Below are positions 9,523 to 18,193 of a stretch of 42,673 bases of DNA, piece after piece. Positions within the stretch are counted from its first letter, which is position 1. Each line of letters begins with the position of its first letter. Below the pieces are notes generated by a model. It was not told the DNA's origin. It was given only the letters and a program-made list of their open reading frames with translations, and made no database searches. Made by a program: the position numbers and the translations under genes. The stretch is taken from IMG/VR virus record IMGVR_UViG_3300027780_000027, positions 1 to 42,673 of that record, one strand, 5' to 3'. The stretch is from a virus (lineage: Duplodnaviria; Caudoviricetes).

Positions 9523-10098
9523 TTATACTATATATGTATTACTATCACCACAATTTCCTGATGGGCATGATATTTTATTTAATCTTTGTTTAGCATAATT
9601 ATAAAGCTCCATCCCTTGTGCAGCTGATTCACAATACTCTACATTTGCTACAGCAGCATCTATCAATGTTCTAATAAAATTCATTTCATTTAATAAACTT
9701 TGTTTCTTTGATTGAGGTTGACATGCTTGTACATCTAAATCACACATTACTTTATAATACTCAGTCATTAAAGATGTTACTCTTAAATGATTATATTCTA
9801 CAAAAACTTTTGCATTAGGTGAAACACTATATCTAATTATATAAACACCATCTGGTATATTTTGTTGAATTGTTCCACAATTAGTTAATTGTAATGCCAG
9901 GTCACATGCATTTAAACACTTATCAAAGTTTTTATCAACTTTAATTAATACAGGTACTGAAAATCCAGGTAATGTAATTAAAAGTTCTTCACAATCTACA
10001 GCAAGCTCCGAAGAGTACTGACTAGTGTCTTTTATACATAATAATTCACAGTTAGATACTGTGGGTATTTCTAAACTTAATATATGTTTATTTGCCAT
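9523..10098 (-). CDS. Putative tail hub-like structural protein
   Basis: 191 aa with IPDGVYIIRYSVSP and a Cys-rich C-terminus; lies after the auxiliary-capsid-like gene. Confidence 0.55.
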   Translation of the reverse strand: MANKHILSLEIPTVSNCELLCIKDTSQYSSELAVDCEELLITLPGFSVPVLIKVDKNFDKCLNACDLALQLTNCGTIQQNIPDGVYIIRYSVSPNAKVFVEYNHLRVTSLMTEYYKVMCDLDVQACQPQSKKQSLLNEMNFIRTLIDAAVANVEYCESAAQGMELYNYAKQRLNKISCPSGNCGDSNTYIV

Positions 10099-10126
10099 GT
10101 TTTTTTATTTCTCACTCTATATAGAT

Positions 10127-10136
10127 AATATACAAA
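10127..10136 (-). promoter_or_regulatory. TTTGTATATT motif copy
   Basis: About 30 bp upstream of the ATG at 10098, just after a terminator. Confidence 0.55.
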
Positions 10137-10155
10137 AAAAACTAGATATTATAAA

Positions 10156-10190
10156 ATAAAAAGAGCAGGAGTTTTATAACCCCTGCTCTA
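10156..10190 (-). terminator. Intrinsic terminator after the 510-aa gene
   Basis: Minus strand AGAGCAGGGGTT-ATAA-AACTCCTGCTCT followed by TTTTATTTT. Confidence 0.8.
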
Positions 10191-10238
10191 ATTAATTTTA
10201 AAACTTAAATATCAATTAAGTTTTTTGTTATATTAAAT

Positions 10239-11771
10239 TTATCCTAAGTCTGTTTCAAGAGCAATATTATTACCAGCAGCATTTGCTAAAGTAACAACTT
10301 GATTTGCTAATGCTGTTACAGCAGTTATTGCTGCACCATCAGAACATTTTACATAAATTTGATATACATATTGATCATTATCAAAAACACCACTTGGGTT
10401 ATTAAATCTAGGTACAACATGTTGAATATAAAAAGCTCTATAAGTTGCAGTTCTATCTACAGCAGCAAGAAGCTCATCAGACATTTCAATTTCTCTGATT
10501 CTAGCACTGTCAGCGTTTCCTTGATTATAAGGAGATTGACGGTATCTTTCAGATAGAATTAAATCTCTAATTACAGCTTCACCTTGAGTTGCTTGCATTT
10601 GACCTGGAGTTCTAGTAGCAGTTCCACAATCATTACAAGGATCTCCAGTTTCATCTAGAATACTTGCAATAATTTCAACAGGTTCTGCATTAAAATGATC
10701 TCTTGTGTCAAAAGAACAATCTCCAAATTTAGTACTTACATAAGCTCCAACAAAATTTACTGTTGCAGTAACTGTTGCTGCAGCAGCTTCTGGAGTTGTA
10801 GAAGGTACATAATTTCCAGATGCAGCTAAACCTTGAGCTTGAGCAATAGTATAAACTGTTATAACCGCAGCACCTGCAGCATCAGTAACAGTAACTTCTA
10901 TTCCACCAGCAGTTAAACCAGCAGCACCAACAGTTAATGTAGCATCGGTTGTAGAACCAGAACTAACAATAGTTAATACGTCTCCAACAGCATATCCACT
11001 TCCTGGATCAACTACATCATAGGTTAAAATAACCCCTGTACCTGATACAGTAAGTACACTAATTTTTGCACCAGTTCCTCCAGCAGGAGCAACGGTTGTT
11101 AATTTTGTTCCTATAGTGTATCCTACACCACCAGATAAAGTTAGTCCACTTTCAAGAACACCATTTTGATCAGCTTCAGCTACAAATGGAGTAATTAATG
11201 GGTTACCTGCTTCAAATCCCACATCGCTTTTTGCTAATCCATTTCCAACAACTTGTGCAGCTTCAGTAGCTAATACTAATGCTGGATCTAAAAATTCTTG
11301 ACCATCAATACAGCAAAGGTTTGCTGAATCACCAATTGCGTAAGCATTATGGTTTAAAAAACGTAATGCCGGAGAACCTTTTACATCCATTCTCATGAAT
11401 TGTGTAGTTCCACATGGAGTACATTTAGCACCTAAAGATAAAGAAGCAGTTGCCTGCTGAGCAGTTAAACAATCTGCAGCCCAAACTCTTGAAATGTATT
11501 TAGGGTTTATACCTTTTGATTTTACTGATTCTTTGTATCCACCATGACCTGGATTGTTACCAATCGTGTCTTTTGTGTAGAAACTTCCTTGAACCAAGTA
11601 TGCATGTGAATTAGCCGGTAAGGCAGCTCCTGGAATAGCCATTGTTGTCCAATCAGAATCTTTCACAAGTCCTAACTCCCCTGCAGTAAGCAAAGCAGTT
11701 GAAACACCTGCAACTGCTTCAGTTGAAGATGCCACAAACGTTTTGTAAAACGCGTTATTAAAATATGCCAT
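10239..11771 (-). CDS. Abundant virion protein, probably auxiliary capsid protein-like
   Basis: 510 aa, Ala/Gly/Thr-rich, flanked by its own promoter motif and terminator; located downstream of the MCP as in crAss-like gene order. Confidence 0.6.
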   Translation of the reverse strand: MAYFNNAFYKTFVASSTEAVAGVSTALLTAGELGLVKDSDWTTMAIPGAALPANSHAYLVQGSFYTKDTIGNNPGHGGYKESVKSKGINPKYISRVWAADCLTAQQATASLSLGAKCTPCGTTQFMRMDVKGSPALRFLNHNAYAIGDSANLCCIDGQEFLDPALVLATEAAQVVGNGLAKSDVGFEAGNPLITPFVAEADQNGVLESGLTLSGGVGYTIGTKLTTVAPAGGTGAKISVLTVSGTGVILTYDVVDPGSGYAVGDVLTIVSSGSTTDATLTVGAAGLTAGGIEVTVTDAAGAAVITVYTIAQAQGLAASGNYVPSTTPEAAAATVTATVNFVGAYVSTKFGDCSFDTRDHFNAEPVEIIASILDETGDPCNDCGTATRTPGQMQATQGEAVIRDLILSERYRQSPYNQGNADSARIREIEMSDELLAAVDRTATYRAFYIQHVVPRFNNPSGVFDNDQYVYQIYVKCSDGAAITAVTALANQVVTLANAAGNNIALETDLG

Positions 11772-11864
11772 ATTATTTATTTTGTGAGAAGACCATTACC
11801 CTCTCTGGTTATATATAATGATTTTAACAGTTTACTCTGGTTGTAACATCTTTGTTACTATATT

Positions 11865-11874
11865 AATATACAAA
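11865..11874 (-). promoter_or_regulatory. TTTGTATATT motif copy
   Basis: Upstream of the 510-aa gene and part of a short inverted repeat. Confidence 0.55.
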
Positions 11875-11895
11875 ATATTAATTGTATATCAAATA

Positions 11896-12600
11896 TTAAT
11901 TATTTCTTTCTGCTGCAGCTTGAGCTCTTTGTTGTTGATATACACTTTCTATATCTCCCGCGATTATTGATGCTGCATCATCAAGCATTACTTCAGCTAA
12001 ATCATCTTTAAATTCACAATTTACATTTGTTGTAGAAACAACTCCTGTGTATGGATTTACACAATTAAGTATTTGTATATATGTAGGTTGCCTATAATAA
12101 GTTAATACTGGATTTACAATTGTAAATTCTTCATTTCTATATATTCTTATTTTATTATCTAACATTGTACAAAATGTTTCACCCCAATCAAAACTTGGAT
12201 TTTTTAAAGGATCTCTCATTATAACATTTACATTTGATTCTTCCGCTAAATAAACTGTCATATCTCTTGCAGGACAACATTTTGTTTTAGCATCTGTACT
12301 TACTCTTTTAAATTCTAAATAAGTATTAACTGGAAAATTATCTGTTTCAAAATATGTATCAGTATTAGTTCCTGTTAAAGATAATTCTAATAATAAAGGT
12401 TGTAAATCATCTATTCTTTTTTTAGATAACTCATCACCTTCTTTATACATATTGCCTCCATGCAAATTTCTTCTACACCACTCTACTTGAGCTTTATTAA
12501 ATGCTTCTATAAACTGCCAACATTCTATGTTGTCATAATCTTGACTATCTAGTTTGTTTAACCGTTGTTTTAATTTAATTAAAAGTGTACTATTTTCCAT
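11896..12600 (-). CDS. Putative ring/head-tail connector protein
   Basis: LNKLDSQDYDNI...FNKAQ, KKRIDDLQPL, DPLKNPSF and LTYYRQP match the pattern of the crAss-like ring family. Confidence 0.65.
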   Translation of the reverse strand: MENSTLLIKLKQRLNKLDSQDYDNIECWQFIEAFNKAQVEWCRRNLHGGNMYKEGDELSKKRIDDLQPLLLELSLTGTNTDTYFETDNFPVNTYLEFKRVSTDAKTKCCPARDMTVYLAEESNVNVIMRDPLKNPSFDWGETFCTMLDNKIRIYRNEEFTIVNPVLTYYRQPTYIQILNCVNPYTGVVSTTNVNCEFKDDLAEVMLDDAASIIAGDIESVYQQQRAQAAAERNN

Positions 12601-12610
12601 TATTTACAAT

Positions 12611-13627
12611 TTATGAATTCCAATACGGTTCAACCTTTTCTAAAATAGAAGTTAACGCTTCATCATTTTCTGGTTTTTGTAAAAAATCAAATACTTCTGA
12701 AGGACTTTTTCCTAATCTAATACCACTATCAATTGGTTCAATCCAACCTCCAGCTTTAGTTGTTATAAATCTATAATATAAAGCATCTTTTATAAGTGCT
12801 CTAATTTTTAATTCTTCCATTGTAAGTTGAGCAACTTCTAAAAATTGTCCAGCAGCTCTTTTTTTAGAAGATTCTGCACCAAAACCATTAATGTAATTAT
12901 CCATATTTTCATATAAAATATCATTAGGTGTTGACTTAATATATTGTACACTATCTACATCACATATTTTTGCAACATACATTAGTTTTGTAGAATTAGA
13001 ATCATATAGTTTTTGCAATTCAACCAATCCTCTATTCTTAATTTTACTTAATTCTGTTCTTGTACTTAAACTTTCTTCAACAGTATCTAAATAAAATTTT
13101 GGTGGATTATTAGCTTCTTTTGCTTCTCTTAGTGATTTTGCTACAATAGAAAATCCACCTGCATTAATTGCATGTATTTTAATTAAATCATAAGGATCTT
13201 TTTCAGGATCTAAAAAAACAGGATCATTACCACATCTTAAACTAATTTTATCCCAAAATTTTGAATTATCAGGTTTCATTATAGTTAGTTTATTCCAAAA
13301 TTCTTTATCATTAATTTCAATTACATTTGCAGCTAATTCTGCTTCTAATTGAGCAACTACCTTTCTAATTTCTTTTATTTTTGCTTTTTTTTTGTCAGGA
13401 GAAAGCATTTTTACATCAGGTGCAAATTCATTAAGTCCTGTTACATAACGTTTAACACCATTCATTTCTAAACACGCTAAATTTTCTTCATGATACACAC
13501 CATCATGTAATGATAATCCATATTGTTCTAACCCCATGTTTTCTTTACCTGGTGTAAAAAAAGGACGAACTGCAATAGTTCCACTTTTTCCTAATTGATA
13601 CTTCTCTACAATTGTGTAATCGCTCAT
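12611..13627 (-). CDS. Conserved crAss-like protein downstream of the MCP (gene-75-like position)
   Basis: 338 aa with FW...FLDPEKDPYDLI and IRALIKDAL motifs; assignment by synteny. Confidence 0.6.
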   Translation of the reverse strand: MSDYTIVEKYQLGKSGTIAVRPFFTPGKENMGLEQYGLSLHDGVYHEENLACLEMNGVKRYVTGLNEFAPDVKMLSPDKKKAKIKEIRKVVAQLEAELAANVIEINDKEFWNKLTIMKPDNSKFWDKISLRCGNDPVFLDPEKDPYDLIKIHAINAGGFSIVAKSLREAKEANNPPKFYLDTVEESLSTRTELSKIKNRGLVELQKLYDSNSTKLMYVAKICDVDSVQYIKSTPNDILYENMDNYINGFGAESSKKRAAGQFLEVAQLTMEELKIRALIKDALYYRFITTKAGGWIEPIDSGIRLGKSPSEVFDFLQKPENDEALTSILEKVEPYWNS

Positions 13628-13744
13628 TGTTTTTTGGTTTTAAATTATTAATTATTATTTACTCAAAAGTACATAATTATGTACAGTATTAATTAATATT
13701 TCTAATTGTCAGTTTTCACTGACAAAAGTTATTTGAGTATTTTA

Positions 13745-14317
13745 TTAAAGTTCACTATATAATTTTGCTTTTTCAAAAGGGCCCGCTAATACTTTTGTTT
13801 CTGTTGCTGAAGCCTGTCTTAATCTATCAGAATATGTTGTTGCCGTTGCATATTTAGTAGCAAGGTTCGCTGATATTTTATCTTTAATAACAGTAGTTTT
13901 ATCAATTATTTCTACTGCTTCTGGATCTTTTGGATAAAGTCTAATAGATAATGCTGAAATAAAATGCACAAAAGATGAAGAAAATTTAGTTTTTTGAGCT
14001 AACCTAGCTAAAGCCGTTTTAGTTATACCTTCTAATATTGCTGCTGCAGCTCTTTCATCAGATGTTTTAGTTGCATCATTTTTAATTGCTTCATACTCTA
14101 ATCCTAAAGTAGCATATTCTTCTGGTTCTATTTCTTTTATGGGTTTTATACCTCCATCCTTTATAGGTTTAATTACATCCCCTACACAAAATTTACAAAT
14201 TACTCCGCTTTCTTTTTCTGTTAAAACTTCTTTACTAAGAGCTGGGTTAGCTTCAAAAGCCAACTCCTGAACTCTAGCATCTTTTATTGATGCTTGTTTT
14301 GCATATACTTCTGCCAT
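13745..14317 (-). CDS. Hypothetical protein
   Basis: 190-aa ORF co-oriented within the capsid module. Confidence 0.7.
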   Translation of the reverse strand: MAEVYAKQASIKDARVQELAFEANPALSKEVLTEKESGVICKFCVGDVIKPIKDGGIKPIKEIEPEEYATLGLEYEAIKNDATKTSDERAAAAILEGITKTALARLAQKTKFSSSFVHFISALSIRLYPKDPEAVEIIDKTTVIKDKISANLATKYATATTYSDRLRQASATETKVLAGPFEKAKLYSEL

Positions 14318-14334
14318 GATTATTATATTTAATG

Positions 14335-14985
14335 TTATTGTAAAGTTGGAACAACATTATTCCAACATAAAAATTCAAAGTGAATTACTATTTGAGCAGA
14401 AGCAACACCTGTACCATTTGCTTGAACTGTAGCAACAAAAGTTACATCTTTACTTAAATCTGCCTTAGCAGCTGATGAACTTGCTGTAACGTACATTGCA
14501 TCACATTGAACTGTTGTTGCACCTACTTGTAATTCAGCACCATTTTGAATAGATCCTATAATTTCAAGACTATCCGTAGTATCTAATGCATTTACACTAC
14601 CATTTATATCATATGATAAAAAATATCCTCCATCTATAACCCCATCCGGTGAAGCTATATTAACTACACCCATGCTTTGAGTTAATTGATTTACATTATC
14701 CATAACATAAAATCCAATTAATTTCCACCCTTGTAAAAAAGATCCATCTTGATACATAATTTGAGTACCAGTTTTTTGTAAAGTAACCGCAGGTAAATCA
14801 GTTATAGCACCAGATATAAATTGATCAGATACTACATTTAACCCCGCTTCAGTTTGAGAACCTAAATTATTAACATGAGATAATTTTGCTAATGCAATAC
14901 TGCTATCTCCTTTTCTCCCATTCCTTATATCTTTTGTAATAGATTTATCAGGAAAAAGTGCTTTTATTCTTTTTATAAAGTTCAT
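14335..14985 (-). CDS. Hypothetical protein, possible head decoration/fibre
   Basis: 216 aa with a beta-rich C-terminus, immediately after the MCP terminator. Confidence 0.55.
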   Translation of the reverse strand: MNFIKRIKALFPDKSITKDIRNGRKGDSSIALAKLSHVNNLGSQTEAGLNVVSDQFISGAITDLPAVTLQKTGTQIMYQDGSFLQGWKLIGFYVMDNVNQLTQSMGVVNIASPDGVIDGGYFLSYDINGSVNALDTTDSLEIIGSIQNGAELQVGATTVQCDAMYVTASSSAAKADLSKDVTFVATVQANGTGVASAQIVIHFEFLCWNNVVPTLQ

Positions 14986-15011
14986 TATTATTTTTTTTAA
15001 AAATTAAAAAT

Positions 15012-15043
15012 AAAAAGGGAGAAGGTATTAGCTCCTCCCCTTT
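15012..15043 (-). terminator. Intrinsic terminator after the MCP
   Basis: Minus strand GGGGAGGAG-CTAATAC-CTTCTCCCT followed by TTTTATTTTT. Confidence 0.8.
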
Positions 15044-15054
15044 AATTATTAGTT

Positions 15055-16674
15055 CTAGAATGATCCTCCTGTAACAGGATTTCTCATTACAATTTTAAGA
15101 ACTTTAGTTGGATCTTTAACCCATATAGCAGGCATTGTCTGCGTCATCATAACTCTGTAACCATTAAAGTTTCCAGTAGAAGCAAAACCTTGAGATCTTC
15201 CCATATAGTCCATAGTACCATTTTGGTAGAACCATTTAAGTTGATTATCCCAAGAAAGTTTCAACAAGTGAATGTTGTCATTTCCTTCATCTGTAACATC
15301 AAAGATAATAAAGCTATAAGAACTTAGAGGACGGCCATCAATTAATGGGTTCTCAATGTCATTAGTATTTAAATTATCAAATGCAGGATTCAATACAAAC
15401 TTAACATTAGCTAAGAAAGGAATAGTAAAGCTTGTATAAGCAAAACCATAATCTAAATCCATACCTGAACCACTAACAGCTCCGATATCTGATGCATTTT
15501 GAACTAGACCTGAACCATATACTTCATCAGCAATAGCTTTGTTGATCAATTGCATTCCTGCAATACCTGTTTGTACAACAAGAGATCTTTGTGGGTCCGG
15601 CCCTTTAAATTCAACTTTACCTTGATAGAAGTTATAAAGTTCAGACTTAAACATGTCAAGTGTAAATGATGACTTGTTATATACTCTTTTGAAAGAGTTA
15701 TCTAACTGTGACCATAAACCTACTGATAGTCTGATATCATCTGGACCATCTTGTTTAATTCTACCACCTTTACCCCACATTAGGTAAGTTTCAATATCCG
15801 TTGCAATTTTAGATAAATGAGCTGCTTCCATATTTGTAATGAAAGTTCTTGTAAGAGTTCCATTTTCAAATGCTTCTCTAGCTCCTGCTTTACCCATGTT
15901 TGCTACAAGCCCTTCAATACTAGGTACTGATGGATTGTTAGGATCTGTGTTAAAGTTTCTCCAAATCTCAGTTACTGGTACTGTACCATCAGCATTCAAA
16001 CCACCTTTGATCATTAGATCAGCACGGCTAGAAATAGAATAATGTACATGTGCTTCTGCTCCTCCTACAAAGTTGTAGAATTCACGGAAACCAGAACCTG
16101 TTTCAATGTCAGAAAAACGCTCACCATACTCACCTCTTGCAGAACCTTTTCTGAAGAACTTAGTACCTTTAGCTAAATATTGATTAGCTAAACTTGCTGC
16201 GTTGTTGTTGTTTACTAATTGAACTGTATAGATAAAACCGTCACCTGCTGGGATAATATCATCAGCTGTAATGTAAAGTTCTAAACCATTATATTTATCA
16301 TATGTGATAATATCACCATGACCAAAGGTTCTTTTAGAAATTTTAATTTTAAATGTTGTTCCATCTACACCTTTTGTTGTGTTTGCAGGTTCAATATCCG
16401 CAATAATATACGGAAGATCTTGTGCAATAGGAGTTTGCCATTTATACTCACCACGTGCATTGTCTACCATGATTGTATTCTTTCCGCCAAATGATGCCAT
16501 TTGATACAAAGGCATTTCTACCTTTTGAGTCATTGCCCAAAGATCAACTGGTCCCATATCCATAGGCTCAGCATTACCGAGCATTTGTGTTAGGTGGTAA
16601 GAATCTACATGAGAACTTGCTTTGTAGCTTGTATCTCTTAGGAAAATCCCATTATTTAATACTGGAGTTGCCAT
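15055..16674 (-). CDS. Major capsid protein (crAss-like)
   Basis: 539 aa with EYKW, ETYLMWGK, VGLWSQL, VQTGIAG, NPAFD and WVKDPT; follows the portal and scaffold genes and has a strong terminator. Confidence 0.9.
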   Translation of the reverse strand: MATPVLNNGIFLRDTSYKASSHVDSYHLTQMLGNAEPMDMGPVDLWAMTQKVEMPLYQMASFGGKNTIMVDNARGEYKWQTPIAQDLPYIIADIEPANTTKGVDGTTFKIKISKRTFGHGDIITYDKYNGLELYITADDIIPAGDGFIYTVQLVNNNNAASLANQYLAKGTKFFRKGSARGEYGERFSDIETGSGFREFYNFVGGAEAHVHYSISSRADLMIKGGLNADGTVPVTEIWRNFNTDPNNPSVPSIEGLVANMGKAGAREAFENGTLTRTFITNMEAAHLSKIATDIETYLMWGKGGRIKQDGPDDIRLSVGLWSQLDNSFKRVYNKSSFTLDMFKSELYNFYQGKVEFKGPDPQRSLVVQTGIAGMQLINKAIADEVYGSGLVQNASDIGAVSGSGMDLDYGFAYTSFTIPFLANVKFVLNPAFDNLNTNDIENPLIDGRPLSSYSFIIFDVTDEGNDNIHLLKLSWDNQLKWFYQNGTMDYMGRSQGFASTGNFNGYRVMMTQTMPAIWVKDPTKVLKIVMRNPVTGGSF

Positions 16675-16732
16675 AAATTTTACTTGTTTTTGTTGTTAAT
16701 AATTAATTTACTGTTTATATTTAATTGTTTAA

Positions 16733-18052
16733 TTAAATTCTTTTAAAAATATTATTGGTTCTTTGTAATTTTTTACCTGCAGGTTTTCTTTTGCTTTGCT
16801 CATCTCTTTCCTGTACACCTAATGATGCACCACCTTTACTTGCTGCTGCAGTTTTTAATTTTCTTACTGTACTTTCTACACTTTTTTGTGCACCTTTATC
16901 CATTATTTTTGCTTTATATCCTGCTGGATCTTGTAACAACCATAATGCTTCAGAAATTAAAGTATAATTTGGTTCAACAAATTGATACTTTTCTAAAAGG
17001 TGTCCAAGTAAATTTGTATTCTTTCCACTAACTGATGGATAACTTGGTTGCACTAAACCATTGTAAAGCATAGCTTGTGTTTTTCTGTCTACTTTAATAT
17101 CACCTAAACTACCTTCTTTAAGTGTTTCATATACGTTTGACATATATTGTTGAGATGCATGCTCTTGTTGTTTTTTTCTTAAATCTTGTTCTTCAAGTTT
17201 TTTAACAACAATTTTTTCTTGCATTTTATCCAATTTAGGTTTAAACTTTGCAGCTTGTTTTTCAAGTTTACCTAAATCTTTCCAAATTTCTATTTCTTCT
17301 GCTATTTCATCTGAAGATCCATATCCAGTTGCACCTAAATATTCTTTAATAATTGTTTCCTGATCTGTTTCAGATTTTAGACTTAATTGTTTAGTTTCTT
17401 CAACACTTCCTAAAGTATTAAATAAACCTTTTATATCTGTACCTCCATCTGCTACATATCTTGCAGCAATTTGTAATTCTTTTGGTAAACTTGCAAAAAA
17501 TTGTTTAGGTGTTTCACGTCTTACTTGATTAGCTTTTTCTTCTAAATTAGCTTCAATTAATTCTTCCCAGTCTTTTACACTGTATTCATCTAATGCTTTT
17601 TCATCATCAAATGGAACAATTTTGTCATCTTTAATAAGTTTGCTAAATACATCAGATATACCATTAATTGATTTTCTACCTCTTTTTACTTTCTTTTCTG
17701 CATCTTCCTCGGTTTCATCATCTAATGTATCTAAAATATCATCAGCTGATTCTGCGGCATCTTTTAGTGCCTCATTAGGTTCTGGTAGTACATCTTCTAA
17801 ATCACTTGTTTCTTTTTCTGCTTTTGAATCTGTAGATTCTTTTTTGGTTAAATCATCTATTCCATCTTCATCTACATCTGTAAATGTAAAATCTGCTTTT
17901 TTATTTAAGCCTGATAAAATATTTGGTTTTTCATTATTAGATTCTTCAGGTAATGTAATAGCGCTACCACTTGGTGCACCATTAAATATTTCATCTAAAT
18001 CAATGTCTAATGTTTCTACTTTACTTTTCACAGCATTTTCTGTTGAATTCAT
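16733..18052 (-). CDS. Acidic scaffolding-like protein
   Basis: 439 aa with a D/E-rich disordered N-terminus, helical C-terminus and basic tail; lies between portal and MCP. Confidence 0.7.
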   Translation of the reverse strand: MNSTENAVKSKVETLDIDLDEIFNGAPSGSAITLPEESNNEKPNILSGLNKKADFTFTDVDEDGIDDLTKKESTDSKAEKETSDLEDVLPEPNEALKDAAESADDILDTLDDETEEDAEKKVKRGRKSINGISDVFSKLIKDDKIVPFDDEKALDEYSVKDWEELIEANLEEKANQVRRETPKQFFASLPKELQIAARYVADGGTDIKGLFNTLGSVEETKQLSLKSETDQETIIKEYLGATGYGSSDEIAEEIEIWKDLGKLEKQAAKFKPKLDKMQEKIVVKKLEEQDLRKKQQEHASQQYMSNVYETLKEGSLGDIKVDRKTQAMLYNGLVQPSYPSVSGKNTNLLGHLLEKYQFVEPNYTLISEALWLLQDPAGYKAKIMDKGAQKSVESTVRKLKTAAASKGGASLGVQERDEQSKRKPAGKKLQRTNNIFKRI

Positions 18053-18058
18053 AATATT

Positions 18059-18084
18059 GTTGGTTTTAATAGTTGGTTTTAATA
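18059..18084. repeat. Tandem 13-bp repeat (GTTGGTTTTAATA x2) in the scaffold gene leader
   Basis: Read directly; a partial third copy follows. Confidence 0.8.
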
Positions 18085-18193
18085 ATTGGTTCTTATATAT
18101 ACAATATAATAAAAGTTTACCTATACTACAATAGATAAACTTTTATAATTTTATTTTTAAGTAAAGTATTTTGCAGTATATAGCTAACGTTAA

